64,000 bases of DNA from Longimicrobiales bacterium. GTDB taxonomy: Bacteria > Gemmatimonadota > Gemmatimonadetes > Longimicrobiales > Gaopeijiaceae. The DNA lies in NCBI GenBank assembly GCA_965203485.1, contig OZ241892.1:1600001-1664000 (forward strand), read 5' to 3'. The position numbers were made by a program, and so were the translations under genes. How positions within the stretch are numbered: the first letter of the stretch is position 1; the number at the start of each line of letters is the position of its first letter. The notes below the pieces were generated by a model. The model did not search any database and was not told where the DNA came from. It saw only the letters and a program-made list of their open reading frames with translations. This document shows positions 19,028 through 29,525 of this stretch, piece by piece.

Positions 19028-19380
19028 TCGAGGAGCCGGGCGAGCACGGCCATCCGCCGTTCGACGTCGGCCCGAGAGGGACAGGGACGGCCCATCCGCA
19101 GCCACGCCCCCATCCGCCGCAGCGCGCAGCCCGCGCGCCCACCGTCCGCCAACGGACCGGACGCCGTGCCGAAGAGCGAAGCCATCGTGGCGTGGTCTCC
19201 CCTTTCGGCCGCTTCCAGGAAGCGCGCCACGACCGCCTTCGGTCCGGCCGCGCGGGCCGGCGGAGACGGCGACGGCCGAACACCGCAGGCCAACGCCGCC
19301 ACCGCGACGGCCGCCACCGCGCGCCGCCGCGCGGCCGCCGGTCCACCCCTCCGCGCCAGCGGTCCCGAGGCCGGCGCCAA
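18769..19380 (-). CDS. Putative lipoprotein (NTF2-like)
   Basis: Lipobox AALAC, AVVARFLEAAERGDHATMASLFGT, PFVVVQDRDGAWLVREVDL. Start uncertain. Confidence 0.65.
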   Translation of the reverse strand: MAPASGPLARRGGPAAARRRAVAAVAVAALACGVRPSPSPPARAAGPKAVVARFLEAAERGDHATMASLFGTASGPLADGGRAGCALRRMGAWLRMGRPCPSRADVERRMAVLARLLDHTGFRVVGEGSTAVDGHGAGSGPPVAVVVALDLASGSTALAPFVVVQDRDGAWLVREVDLRELVGGDDAFRFSTSSTSTPPAERG

Positions 19381-19484
19381 TCGTCCAGCCGCCCATCGCG
19401 ACGCCGAGGCGAGTCCGGCACGCCGACATCGTCCCGCCCATCCAAGGCCCGGATGCCGCCCGGCGCGGCCGCCGCCCGCCAGCG

Positions 19485-22100
19485 CTACGCCGGCCTTTCC
19501 GGCGCGGCCGCCGCCCGCCCGTCCACCCGGAACTCCAGTCGGGCGCCGTTCCCCGCCTCGGCCAGCTCCGCAACGGAGCCCGGCGGCAGCGTTCCGTCCA
19601 GAATCCGCAACGCCAGGGGGTCCTGCACCCATCGCTGCACGGCGCGCTTGAGCGGCCGCGCCCCGTAGACCGGATCGAAGCCCTCGCGCGCGATCCGCGC
19701 ACGCGCGCACGGCGACACCGACAGCTCGATCCCCTGCTCCGCCGCGAGCTTCGCCATGCGCGCCAACTGCAACTCGACGATCTTCTCCAGCTCGGGCTCG
19801 CCGAGCGGCCGAAACACCACCACGTCGTCCACGCGGTTGAGGAACTCGGGACGAAAGCGCTCCCGCAGACGCGACCGCACCATCCGCTCCACGTCGTCCC
19901 ATGCATCGGTCTCGGCGCGGGCGAGAATCTCCGGGCCCGCGACGTTGGAGGTCATGACGACCACCGTCGAGCGGAAGTCCACGGTGCGGCCCTGCGCGTC
20001 GGTGAGCCGCCCGTCGTCGAGCAGTTGCAGGAAGGCGTTGAAGACCTTGGGGTGCGCCTTCTCCATTTCGTCGAGAAGCACGACCGAGTGCGGACGGCGC
20101 CGCACCGGCTCCGTGAGCTGGCCGCCCTCCTCGTAGCCGACGTAGCCGGGAGGCGCGCCCAGCAGACGCGACACCGCGTGCGCCTCCATGTACTCGGACA
20201 TGTCCAGCCGCACCATCGCGCGCTCGTCGTCGAAGAGGAACTCGGCCAGCGCGCGGGCGGTCTCGGTCTTGCCGACGCCGGTCGGTCCCAGGAAGAGAAA
20301 GGACCCCGCCGGCCGGTTCGGGTCCTGCACGCCCGCCCGGGAGCGCCGCACCGCCCGGGCCACCGCGCTCAGCGCCTCCTCCTGCCCGACGACGCGGCGG
20401 CCCAGGAGGCGCTCCAGCTCGACCAGCCGGCGCCGTTCCGACTCCATCAGCCGGGTTACCGGCACGCCCGTCCACTCGGCCAGGACCTCGGCCACGTCCT
20501 CCGCCGTCACGTCCTCCTTGAGGAACTTCCCTTCCTTCTGGAGTTCGCCCAGGCGCTGCTCGGCCTCCGCGATCTCGCCCAGCGCGGCCGGGAGTTCGGC
20601 GTACTGGAGCTTCGCCGCGCGCTCGAGCTCGCCGAGCCTCGTGGCCCGATCCTGTTCCGTACGCAGGCCGTCCACCCGCTCCTTGAGCCTCTGAATGCGC
20701 AGGATCTCCTCCTTCTCTGCTTGCCAGCGCGCCTTCATGGCTTGGCTCGACTCGCCAAGGGCCGCGAGCTCCCGGGCGATGCCGTCCATCCGCTCCCCGG
20801 CGCTGGCGTCGTCTTCGCCGGAGAGCGCCTGCCTCTCGATCTCGAGTTGCACGATGCGTCGCTCCACTTCGTCGATCTCCTGGGGCAGCGAGTCGATCTC
20901 CATGCGCAAGCGGCTGGCCGCTTCGTCCATCAAGTCGATCGCCTTGTCGGGCAGGAAGCGCCCGCCCACGTACCGGTCCGAGAGTCTGGCCGCGGCGATC
21001 AGCGAATCGTCAGTGATGCGCACGCCATGGTGCACTTCATACCGCTCCTTGAGACCGCGCAGGATGGCGATCGTGTCCTCGACCGACGGCGGCGCGACGA
21101 AGACCGGCTGAAAGCGGCGCTCCAGAGCAGGGTCCTTCTCCACGCGCTTGCGGTATTCGTCGAGCGTGGTCGCGCCCACCACGCGCAGTTCGCCCCGCGC
21201 CAGCGCCGGCTTGAGCATGTTGCCGGCGTCCACCGCCCCCTCCGCGGCGCCCGCTCCCACGAGCGTGTGCATTTCGTCGACGAAGAGGACGTAGCGGCCG
21301 TCGCCGCTCGTGACCTCGTCGAGCACCGCCTTCATTCGCTTCTCGAAGTCGCCCCGGTACTTGGCGCCCGCCAGCATCGCGGAGATGTCGAGCGCGGCCA
21401 GCGTCTTGCCGTGCAGCGAGCCCGGCACGTCTCCCGAGGCGATTCGCTGGGCCAAGCCCTCGGCGATCGCGGTCTTGCCCACGCCCGGCTCGCCAATCAG
21501 GACGGGATTGTTCTTGGTCCGGCGACCCAGGACCTTGATCACCCGGCGAACCTCGTCGTCGCGGCCGACGACGGGATCGAGCTTGCCGCGGCGCGCCATC
21601 TCCGTCAGGTCGCGCGAGTACTTGGCCAGCGCCTGGAACTGGTCCTCGGGGCTCTGGTCGGTCACGCGGTGCGAGCCGCGAACGGCGTCCAGGGCGGCTT
21701 CGAGGCGCTCCGCGGTGGCTCCGTGCTCTGCGAGGATGCGGGCGGCCGCGCCCTTGGCGGCGGCGAGTCCGAGCAGCAGGTGTTCGGTCGACACGTACGC
21801 GTCGCCCAGCCGGGAAGCGGCTCGATCGGCGGCGTCCAGGGCCGTCCGCAAGGAGCGCGACGCCGCAGGCGCGCCGCCCCCGGTCGCGCGCGGCAACTTC
21901 TCCAGGGCCGCGGCGGCCGCCCGGGCGACCCGGGCCTCCGCCACTTCCATCTTGCGCAGGACGGGCGGCGCCACGCCCTCCTGCTGTTCGAGCAACGCCT
22001 TGAGGAGGTGAACGCCCCCCGTCTCGGGATGCCCGCCGCGGCGCGCGGCGGCCGCCGCCGCTCCGAGCGCCTCCGCCGCCTTGATCGTCAGTCGTTCCAT
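19485..22100 (-). CDS. clpB: ATP-dependent chaperone ClpB
   Basis: Clp N-domain, GEPGVGKT, coiled-coil M-domain, [38 protein letters not shown]. Purine-rich RBS before ATG 22100. Confidence 0.97.
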   Translation of the reverse strand: MERLTIKAAEALGAAAAAARRGGHPETGGVHLLKALLEQQEGVAPPVLRKMEVAEARVARAAAAALEKLPRATGGGAPAASRSLRTALDAADRAASRLGDAYVSTEHLLLGLAAAKGAAARILAEHGATAERLEAALDAVRGSHRVTDQSPEDQFQALAKYSRDLTEMARRGKLDPVVGRDDEVRRVIKVLGRRTKNNPVLIGEPGVGKTAIAEGLAQRIASGDVPGSLHGKTLAALDISAMLAGAKYRGDFEKRMKAVLDEVTSGDGRYVLFVDEMHTLVGAGAAEGAVDAGNMLKPALARGELRVVGATTLDEYRKRVEKDPALERRFQPVFVAPPSVEDTIAILRGLKERYEVHHGVRITDDSLIAAARLSDRYVGGRFLPDKAIDLMDEAASRLRMEIDSLPQEIDEVERRIVQLEIERQALSGEDDASAGERMDGIARELAALGESSQAMKARWQAEKEEILRIQRLKERVDGLRTEQDRATRLGELERAAKLQYAELPAALGEIAEAEQRLGELQKEGKFLKEDVTAEDVAEVLAEWTGVPVTRLMESERRRLVELERLLGRRVVGQEEALSAVARAVRRSRAGVQDPNRPAGSFLFLGPTGVGKTETARALAEFLFDDERAMVRLDMSEYMEAHAVSRLLGAPPGYVGYEEGGQLTEPVRRRPHSVVLLDEMEKAHPKVFNAFLQLLDDGRLTDAQGRTVDFRSTVVVMTSNVAGPEILARAETDAWDDVERMVRSRLRERFRPEFLNRVDDVVVFRPLGEPELEKIVELQLARMAKLAAEQGIELSVSPCARARIAREGFDPVYGARPLKRAVQRWVQDPLALRILDGTLPPGSVAELAEAGNGARLEFRVDGRAAAAPERPA

Positions 22101-22128
22101 CGCGTCTTCCCTCCTCTTCCCGTGAGCT

Positions 22129-22144
22129 TGCAGCCAAGATTCCG
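22129..22144 (-). promoter_or_regulatory. Candidate sigma-54 (-24/-12) promoter of clpB
   Basis: CGGAATCTTGGCTGCA has exact GG-N10-GC spacing with TGCA at -12, about 30 nt upstream of the ATG. Confidence 0.5.
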
Positions 22145-22233
22145 TCGTCTGCGGCGCCCCCTCCCCGGGCCGCGCCTCCGTCGTCTCTTGGGGACCGGCC
22201 GCCTTCGGCGGGACCGAGCGGGCCCGTCCGGAA

Positions 22234-22346
22234 ATCTGCCGTTTTGGCAGGACGACGGCCGCGCGACCTGCCATTTTGGCAGGACCGGCGGAGGCGATCT
22301 GCCATTTTGGCAGGAAACGGGGCCCGGACCTGCCGTTTCGGCAGGA
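22234..22346. promoter_or_regulatory. Array of four phased palindromes AYCTGCCRTTTYGGCAGGA upstream of clpB
   Basis: 15-bp cores at 22236, 22268, 22299 and 22330 (period 32/31/31). Confidence 0.8.
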
Positions 22347-22607
22347 ACTGCGGGCTCCGGCCGGTGCCTTCCCAACAACGTGAAAGAATCAGGCCAAGGG
22401 CCGCGACGCGAGCGCGCGGCCCGGCTGGATGCCCCGCCCGCGCGGAGGCGGGGCGGCGGGCCTCGCAGGCCGAGCCAGGAGCCGGCGCCGGGTTGACACA
22501 GGGAGGCGGTTCGGGCGAAGCTAGCGTTGGTTGTCGCGCTCCATCCGCCGCGCGGCTTCGGGCCCGCGCACTCCTCCGAGCCTCCAAAGTCGCGAAGGGA
22601 CCGTGCC

Positions 22608-23018
22608 ATGGGCCGTCTCGTTGCCGACCGGCGCCGCGGTTCGGGGAAACGCTTCGCCGCGTCGGCCGGCCCGAGAGTCTCGGGGGCTCGCCGACCGCGC
22701 TTGCTGGCCGGCTTCGCGGTTGCGGCGGCCTTCTTGCCCGGCGGGTGCGGGGGGCCGCAGGTCGACCCTGCCGACGATCCGGCCCGTGAACGCTTCGTGG
22801 CCGCGTTCGTGGCTCTGCGGAGGGCGGCGGCGCGCTCGCCCGACCGGGTCGTGCCGGCCCAGGACCGGGACCGCATCTTGGCCGAGCACGGGATGTCGGG
22901 CGACGAGATGCTCGCGTTCGTCGACGAGCACGGCGAGGACCTCGACTACATGGAGGGGGTCTGGTCGGAAGTGGACGCTCGAATCCGCGAGACCGAACCC
23001 GGCGCCCCCACTCGCTGA
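22608..23018 (+). CDS. Putative lipoprotein (DUF4296-like helical domain)
   Basis: Basic then hydrophobic N-region with PGGC, then RDRILAEHGMSGDEMLAFVDEHGEDLDYMEGVWSEV. Confidence 0.65.
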   Translation: MGRLVADRRRGSGKRFAASAGPRVSGARRPRLLAGFAVAAAFLPGGCGGPQVDPADDPARERFVAAFVALRRAAARSPDRVVPAQDRDRILAEHGMSGDEMLAFVDEHGEDLDYMEGVWSEVDARIRETEPGAPTR

Positions 23019-23053
23019 CGAGACCCGGCTCCGCCGGACGGCGGCGGCCCCCG

Positions 23054-25423
23054 TCAGCGGTTGAAGCACACCTCCGCGTCGGCGACGTCCGCCGGGTGCA
23101 CGATCTTCTGCTCGAATCCGCCCCGGCCGTCGTCCTGCCACTGGATCTGGAGGCCACGCAGGCCCTGCTGGCTGCCGGCCGCTGACGACCCAAGCGGCGC
23201 CACGCGATAGGGGCCGAGCACGGTTTGGACGTCGGCGCCGAACAGGAAGTCGCGCATCGCCGTCTCGTCGAGATCGCCTGCGGACGACAGCGACGCCTCC
23301 AGCGCCGCGGACAGCAACTCGACGGCTCCGAAGCCGCCCGCGGCGTGGTAGCCTGGCAACGCGCCGTGGAGCTCTTCGAACCGGCGGACGAACGTCTCGC
23401 TGCCGACCAAGATTCCGCGAGTGCGCACCGTCGCAATCCACGGTGCGTTGCCGGCCACGCACGCCGCCGACGCGCCGACCGCCGACGCGAAGCGGGGGTC
23501 GGCGGGACCGATCGACCAGCTCGCCAGCTTCGGCACGTAGTTCGCGGCGGCCGCCGCCTTGGTGAGCTCGATCGCGTCGTCGAAGTAGCCGCCCCCGATC
23601 AGCAGATCGGCCGCGCTCCGCCCGGCGGCGGCGGCCAGGGCCGCATGGTCCGCTCCTCCGGCCGGATAAGACTGGTCCAGAACGATGCCCATGCCCGCGG
23701 CGGCGGCGGCCGACCGCACGCCTTCGGCGACGCCTCGCGGGAAGCTGCTGTTTTCCCAAACAAGCGCCACGGTTTGCGCGCCGGCGGCGGCCGCCAGCTC
23801 GACCGATCCCTGCAGATACGTCTGCGCCGAATTGAGCATCTGGACGCTCCACCGCCGGTCCCGGCCCTGCCACAGGCCGGTCGACGCGGCCATCGCCGTG
23901 ATCAGGGGCTTCGACGCGGCTTCGGTCACCGGCAACACTGCTTCCGTCACGGGACTCGAGTAGGGCCCCAGGAGGACGTCGACCGACGGATCGGCGACGA
24001 ACTGGCGGTACAGCGAGGCCGCGAGTTGCGGATTGCTCTGGTCGTCGCGCATCTCCAGCTCCAGCAGGCGGCCCTCGATCCCGCCCCGCTCGTTCAGCAT
24101 CGCGATTCCAAGCTCGTAGCCGTCGCGCATCTTGGCGCCGTCCACGCCCAGGCGTCCGGTCGCGGGGAACGACGCGGCCACTCGGAGGGGCCCCGGAGCG
24201 CGACTGAAGCAGGGCGCGGCCTCCGCGGCCGACGGCGGATGGACGACGCGCCGGACGAGGCCGCCCTGTCCGTCGTCCTGCCACTGGACGTGCAGTCCGG
24301 AGAGAGCCTGCTGGCTCCCCGCGGCCTCGCTCCCCAGCGGCGCCACGCGGTAGGGCCCCAACACGGTCCCGGCCGTGGTCGAGAAGAGGTAGTCGCGCAT
24401 GACTTCGTAGTCCACGCCGACCGGCGTCAGTCCGGCCGCCAGCGCCCCTGCAAGAAGCTCCACCGCGGCGAAGGCGGCCGCTTCGTGGAAGCCCGGCAGG
24501 CGCCCGTGCTTCTGCTGGAATCGGCGGACGAACGTCTCGGTGTCCGCCAGCCGGCCGCGAGTTCGGCTGGAAGGCGCCCAGGGAGTATGCCCAGTGACGC
24601 AGCGGGCCAGCGGACCCACGGCGTCGGCGAACCCCGGGTCTTCCGAGCCCAGCATGAGGCTCGTCAGCTGCGGCCGATAGCCGGCGGCGTCCGCCGCCTT
24701 GACGAACTCCACCCCGTCGTCCGAGTAGCCGGCGATCAGGAACATGTCGGCCCCCGCCGCCTTGGCCGCGCGCACGAGCGCGGCGTGGCCTGCGGCGCCC
24801 GGACGATACGATTCGTCCAGCGCCATCCGCACGCCTGCGCGGGCCGCCGCCGCCCGCGCCCCCGCCGCCACCGACGCGGGAGCGCGGGAGTCCTCCCACA
24901 CCAGCGCCGCTGTCCTTGCCCCGCCCTCGGCGCCCACCGCGACTGGGCCTTCCAGAAACGTGCTTGCCGGGTTGAGCAACTGCACGCTCCAGCGGCGGTC
25001 CCGTCCACGCCAGATCTCCGTGGACGCCGCCAAGCCGGCGATCACCGGCATCGACGCGGACTCGGTCACCGGCAACACGGCTTCCGTGATCACGCTGCTG
25101 TATGGCCCCAGCAGCGCGTCCACCGTCTCGTCCGCAATGAAGCCGGCGTAGAGCCGGGCCGCGGCCGCGGCGTCGCTGCCGTCGTCGTGCAGCGCGAGTT
25201 CCACTTCGCGGCCGTCGACGCCCCCCTGCTCGTTGAGCATCTCGACGGCCAGCTCGTAGCCGTCGCGCATCTTGGCCCCGTCGGTGCGCAAGTAGCCGGA
25301 CTGGGGGAAGGTGGCCGCGACCCGCACCGCCCCCGGTTCGGGCAACGGCCGCACGGCCTCGGAGCAGGCGGTCGCGGCGGCGGACGCCGCCAGGAAGACG
25401 AGAGGAAGGCGGGGCGGACGCAT
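23054..25423 (-). CDS. ABC-type branched-chain-amino-acid-family substrate-binding lipoprotein with two tandem complete binding domains
   Basis: Lipobox ATAC; two homologous ~380-aa halves, each with DGAKMRDGYEL..MLNE.GG, LLGPYSS..TEAVLPVTE, LPG.H.A, TVLGPYRVAPLGS; CAGGAG RBS. Confidence 0.9.
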   Translation of the reverse strand: MRPPRLPLVFLAASAAATACSEAVRPLPEPGAVRVAATFPQSGYLRTDGAKMRDGYELAVEMLNEQGGVDGREVELALHDDGSDAAAAARLYAGFIADETVDALLGPYSSVITEAVLPVTESASMPVIAGLAASTEIWRGRDRRWSVQLLNPASTFLEGPVAVGAEGGARTAALVWEDSRAPASVAAGARAAAARAGVRMALDESYRPGAAGHAALVRAAKAAGADMFLIAGYSDDGVEFVKAADAAGYRPQLTSLMLGSEDPGFADAVGPLARCVTGHTPWAPSSRTRGRLADTETFVRRFQQKHGRLPGFHEAAAFAAVELLAGALAAGLTPVGVDYEVMRDYLFSTTAGTVLGPYRVAPLGSEAAGSQQALSGLHVQWQDDGQGGLVRRVVHPPSAAEAAPCFSRAPGPLRVAASFPATGRLGVDGAKMRDGYELGIAMLNERGGIEGRLLELEMRDDQSNPQLAASLYRQFVADPSVDVLLGPYSSPVTEAVLPVTEAASKPLITAMAASTGLWQGRDRRWSVQMLNSAQTYLQGSVELAAAAGAQTVALVWENSSFPRGVAEGVRSAAAAAGMGIVLDQSYPAGGADHAALAAAAGRSAADLLIGGGYFDDAIELTKAAAAANYVPKLASWSIGPADPRFASAVGASAACVAGNAPWIATVRTRGILVGSETFVRRFEELHGALPGYHAAGGFGAVELLSAALEASLSSAGDLDETAMRDFLFGADVQTVLGPYRVAPLGSSAAGSQQGLRGLQIQWQDDGRGGFEQKIVHPADVADAEVCFNR

Positions 25424-25956
25424 CGAAGACTCCTGTTCGAGGTTGTGCTCGGTTGCTCGACGCGCTTGACGATCCACCGGGCCGGGCGCGGAACCGCCAT
25501 TCGGCGCCGGAAACAACCGAACGAAATCTACAAGGCGCGCGGAGCTTCCGCGCGAACCGGACGCCGGGATCGCCGCGCTCGCGCCGAACCTCGCCCCGGG
25601 CCGCTCGCGCGGCGGTCATGCCTCCCGCTCGGGCGAGCAAGTCTGCGTCGGCCCCCTCGCGCGGCCGCCCGGCTCCCGAGCAACTGCCGGGCGCCCCGAA
25701 CGACCACAGGCCCGTGCGCGCGGCCCGACCTCGGTCTACCGTGACGGGAGCCGCCCCAACCAGAATCGGCCCGCGCGCGCGGGCCGACCAACCACGGCCA
25801 GCCCCGGCGGCGGCGCGACAGCCTCGTTTGCCGCTCTCCTCGGCGACGGACTAGGTTCCTGCGCGCGGCCCGCGCGGCTTCCTTGTGCCACGGGCGCCGT
25901 TGCGGCGCCGCCAGGCCGCCGGACCCGCCCCTATCCGCCAGCTCCGAGACCAAGCC

Positions 25957-27999
25957 ATGGCAGCGCAGGACGACCCCGACGCGCGCAACCGCCCCAACCG
26001 GCGCGGCGGACTGCCTCCGGAGGCGTACGAAGTCGTTCCCGGAGACGAATACCAGCCCTACGTTCGCCCGGAGCAGAGCCTCCCCGAACTCACGTTGCGC
26101 GCCGTGGTCGCCGGCCTGGCGCTCGCCGTCGTCTTCGGCGCGGCCAACGCCTACCTGGGGTTGCGCGTCGGCTTGACCGTCAGCGCATCGATTCCGGCCG
26201 CCGTAATGGCCGTAGCAATCTTTCGAATGCTGAGACGGGGATCGATCCTCGAGACGAACATGGTGCAGACGATCGGTTCGGCCGGCGAGTCGCTGGCCGC
26301 CGGCGTCATCTTCACCATCCCCGCGCTGTTCATATGGAGCCGTTCCGATCCCGAGATCGTGGTCAACGTGCTTCACGTCTCCGTGATCGCCGGCCTGGGC
26401 GGCGTGCTGGGCGTGCTGTTCATGATCCCGTTGCGCCGGTACTTGATTTCGCGCGAGCACGGCAAGCTGCCCTATCCCGAGGGCACGGCCTGCGCCGAGG
26501 TGCAGGTGAGCGGCAAGGAAGGCGGCGCCAGGGCCAGGCTGCTCTTCGGCGGCCTCGGCGCCGGAGCTCTCTACCAGGCGCTCGCCAACGGCGCCGGCCT
26601 CGGCCTGTGGAACGAGTCTCCGAGCCTGCGGCTGCCCAAGAAGGCCGAGATCGGGGGCGACTTCACGCCCGAACTCCTGGGCGTGGGCTTCATCGTCGGT
26701 CCGAGGATCGCCGCCATCATGTTCAGCGGCAGCGCATTGGCGTGGCTGGTCCTCATCCCCCTGATCGCGGCGTGGGCTGGCGAATCCACCGTCTATCCCG
26801 GCGACGCGCCGATGTCGAGCTTGGAACCGTCGGCGATATGGAACCACTACATCCGCTACGTGGGCGCGGGCGCCGTGGGCTTCGCCGGCATCGTGACCTT
26901 GGTCAAGTCGCTGCCGACGATCGTCGAGTCGTTCCGGCTGGGCGTCGGGCACGCGGCGAAGGACGCGGACCCGGGCGGCGGCGAGGGTCGGCCGCGCACG
27001 CAGCAAGACCTGCCCCTGAAGGTCGTCCTGGGTCTCGCCGGGCTGACCGCGGTCGCCCTCTGGAGCTGGCCGGGAATTCCGGTCGGCGCCGTGGGCGCGC
27101 TCCTCGTCGTAGCCTTCAGCTTCTTCTTCGTAACCGTGTCGAGCCGCATCGTCGGCCTGATCGGATCGTCGTCGAATCCGGTCTCGGGGATGACGATCGC
27201 CGCGCTGATCCTGACGGCTCTGATCTGGGTGGGCCTCGGCCTCGACGACGGCAGCGCGGAAGCCAAGGTAGCGGTTCTGGCCGTGGGGGCAGTCGTGTGC
27301 ATATCGGCGGCGGTGGCCGGAGACACCTCGCAGGACCTGAAGACGGGGTTTCTGGTGGGCGCCACGCCGAAGCGGATGCAGCTGGGCGAGATGCTCGGCG
27401 TGCTCGCCGCGGCCACGGTGATGGGCGGCGTGCTCGTCGTGCTGAACGAGTCGTACGGGATCGGCACGGCCGACGGCCTTCCGGCGCCGCAGGCCACGCT
27501 CATGGGACTGGTGATCGACGGCGTCCTGGAGGCTTCGCTGCCCTGGGGCTTCGTGCTTGTCGGGATCGCGCTGGCGGCCGTGGCCGAGTTCGTCTTCAAG
27601 GTGCCGTCGCTCGCGTTCGCGGTCGGGCTGTACCTGCCGGTCTCGCTCATGACGCCGATCTTCGTGGGCGGACTGATGCGGCTGGGCCTGGCGCGGAGGC
27701 GCCGGCGCGAAGAACCGGAGGGCGGCCGCGCGGCCTCGGAGCGCCGCGAGCAAGGCGTTCTCTTCGCTTCCGGCCTCATCGCCGGAGCCGCGCTCGTGGG
27801 CGTGTTGATCGGAGGCGCCATCTACGCGGTCGGGCGCATTTGGGGAGATTCGGGCGGCCAGCCGGCCTGGACGGTCGGCCACGCATGGTTGGACGCGGTC
27901 GTCCCGCACGGCGGCGCGGTCGTCGGCACGCTGGCGTTCGTCGCCCTTTGCGCGAGCCTCTGGGGCGCGGCGAACTGGACTCGCCGCAAGGCCGAGTGA
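25957..27999 (+). CDS. OPT-family oligopeptide transporter
   Basis: PELTLRAV, ANAYLGLRVGLTVSASIPAAV, LPYPEGTACAEV, SSNPVSGMTI, QDLKTGFLVGATP, LPAPQATLM, GVLFASGLIAG. Confidence 0.95.
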   Translation: MAAQDDPDARNRPNRRGGLPPEAYEVVPGDEYQPYVRPEQSLPELTLRAVVAGLALAVVFGAANAYLGLRVGLTVSASIPAAVMAVAIFRMLRRGSILETNMVQTIGSAGESLAAGVIFTIPALFIWSRSDPEIVVNVLHVSVIAGLGGVLGVLFMIPLRRYLISREHGKLPYPEGTACAEVQVSGKEGGARARLLFGGLGAGALYQALANGAGLGLWNESPSLRLPKKAEIGGDFTPELLGVGFIVGPRIAAIMFSGSALAWLVLIPLIAAWAGESTVYPGDAPMSSLEPSAIWNHYIRYVGAGAVGFAGIVTLVKSLPTIVESFRLGVGHAAKDADPGGGEGRPRTQQDLPLKVVLGLAGLTAVALWSWPGIPVGAVGALLVVAFSFFFVTVSSRIVGLIGSSSNPVSGMTIAALILTALIWVGLGLDDGSAEAKVAVLAVGAVVCISAAVAGDTSQDLKTGFLVGATPKRMQLGEMLGVLAAATVMGGVLVVLNESYGIGTADGLPAPQATLMGLVIDGVLEASLPWGFVLVGIALAAVAEFVFKVPSLAFAVGLYLPVSLMTPIFVGGLMRLGLARRRRREEPEGGRAASERREQGVLFASGLIAGAALVGVLIGGAIYAVGRIWGDSGGQPAWTVGHAWLDAVVPHGGAVVGTLAFVALCASLWGAANWTRRKAE

Positions 28000-29525
28000 G
28001 CGGGCGGGCGACGGGCGGCGCGTCGTCCGCGCTGGACGGCGGTCGCGGCGCTGAACGAGCGGACGACCGGCGGCGCAGGCGGGCCGACCGGGCGTCCAAG
28101 TGGCTGTTCCGGGTTGCGGTGGTGGTCGCGTCCTTCGGCGCCGGCATGTACTTGGCGGCGACGGGCGCGCTTCCGGCGCGGTTGGCGCACCGGTGGGCAA
28201 CGAGCGCCGCAAGGATGCTCGACGCGCATCTGGGGGGGCTCTCCAGCGCCGGGAGCTGGGAGACGTCGGGCGTGCCGGCCGACAGTCTGGCGCTCGCTCG
28301 CGTCCGCACGGCCGACGGCGCGCCGCTCGCCGATCCGGTGTTGTCCGCCGGGGGCAGATGGCAGTTTCGCGAGCACTGTCCTCTGGCCGACGGATGCCTC
28401 GCCGTGGAGCACCGGGGGGCCGGGCACGTGGCGAGGGCATGGCCGTTCCGGACCGGCGAACTGGCGAAGGCGGAGCCCGTCGACGCCCTGCCGTACAAGC
28501 GGACCCCCGGCGTAGACGCAGGCGAAGTCGTAGTCGTGGACGAAGTCGTGGCCGCTTCGAACGGAGACTTGCTGGCCACGCTGCGGTACCGCGACCACGT
28601 CTCTCCGTCGAGCGGCGGGATCGTACGGGTCGACTCGACGGGTCGCGTGCTCTGGTACCGGCGCGACTACAGCCACGGCGAACCGCACATAGAGGGCGAC
28701 AGCACGATCTGGACGCCGAGCCGGCAACCTCCGGACTCGCCCGCCATTCAGTGGCCGGGGCAGTCGCAATCGCAGTTTTGCCCTGCAACTCCCCTGCTCG
28801 ACGTCGTCAACGTGCTGGACCGAGACGGCCGGCTGACGAAGCAAGTGTCCGTCGCCCACGCGTTGCTCGACTCCCCTTGGGCGGCGTCGCTCGTGTGGTC
28901 GATCGACGCTTGCTATCCGCTTCACGTGAATTCGGTGTCGCTCGTCGGCCGCGACGTCTCGGACTTGGGCGAAGCGAGCGCGGGCGACCTGGTCGTTTCT
29001 CTTCACAGCCTCAACGCGTTCGCGGTCCTGGACCGGCGGACGAGCGCCGTGCTTCTCTACGTCCGGGGCACGTTCGCGGGGCAACGCAGCGTCAAGCACT
29101 TGCGGGGCTCGAAGTTCATCATGTTCGACGGCTCGGGCGGGTGGGAGAGCCACGCCGGCGCTTTTGCGAACTATTCGCGCGTGCTGGTGGTCGACGCCGC
29201 AACCGGCGAGGAAAGAACGGTCTTTCCGACGAACCCGCGAAGCTTCGAGGCCTGGAAGCCCCGCGGCCGCGGGCGCGTGTCCATCTCGCCGGACCGCCTT
29301 CGGGCGCTCGCGTCGCATGCGGGACGAGCGAGGGCCGTGGAAGTGCGGATCGAAGACGGAACGGTCCTGGCCCAGTTCGAAGCCGTGCACGACGTGCGAG
29401 GACTGCAAGCCTTTGCGGGCGCCGGCAGCGTGCGGTTCCTCGACGGGAGCGCCTTCTTGTATGCTCGCCAACGCGCGGACGGCGAGGTCCACGACGACGA
29501 TGATCCGGCTCGACCACGCCGGTAG
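27996..29525 (+). CDS. Arylsulfotransferase (ASST)-like beta-propeller protein, copy 1
   Basis: N-terminal TM anchor, NGDLL, GRVLW, RDYSHGE, PLHVNSV, GDLVVSL, IMFDG. GTG start overlaps the OPT stop. Confidence 0.75.
   Translation: MSGRATGGASSALDGGRGAERADDRRRRRADRASKWLFRVAVVVASFGAGMYLAATGALPARLAHRWATSAARMLDAHLGGLSSAGSWETSGVPADSLALARVRTADGAPLADPVLSAGGRWQFREHCPLADGCLAVEHRGAGHVARAWPFRTGELAKAEPVDALPYKRTPGVDAGEVVVVDEVVAASNGDLLATLRYRDHVSPSSGGIVRVDSTGRVLWYRRDYSHGEPHIEGDSTIWTPSRQPPDSPAIQWPGQSQSQFCPATPLLDVVNVLDRDGRLTKQVSVAHALLDSPWAASLVWSIDACYPLHVNSVSLVGRDVSDLGEASAGDLVVSLHSLNAFAVLDRRTSAVLLYVRGTFAGQRSVKHLRGSKFIMFDGSGGWESHAGAFANYSRVLVVDAATGEERTVFPTNPRSFEAWKPRGRGRVSISPDRLRALASHAGRARAVEVRIEDGTVLAQFEAVHDVRGLQAFAGAGSVRFLDGSAFLYARQRADGEVHDDDDPARPRR

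Noticed and set aside
22234..22346. clpB-upstream palindromes as a CRISPR array
   Set aside because: Repeats of about 19 nt with 12-13-nt spacers are too short, and no cas genes are present. Treated as a regulatory array.
22493..22527. TTGACA as a sigma-70 -35 for the lipoprotein gene at 22608
   Set aside because: The nearest -10-like hexamer (TAGCGT) is 23 nt away, outside normal spacing.
25424..25956. Riboswitch or ncRNA in the long SBP-OPT intergenic region
   Set aside because: Only short GC hairpins (e.g. cgcgcgga-gct-tccgcgcg), expected at this GC content; no recognisable aptamer.
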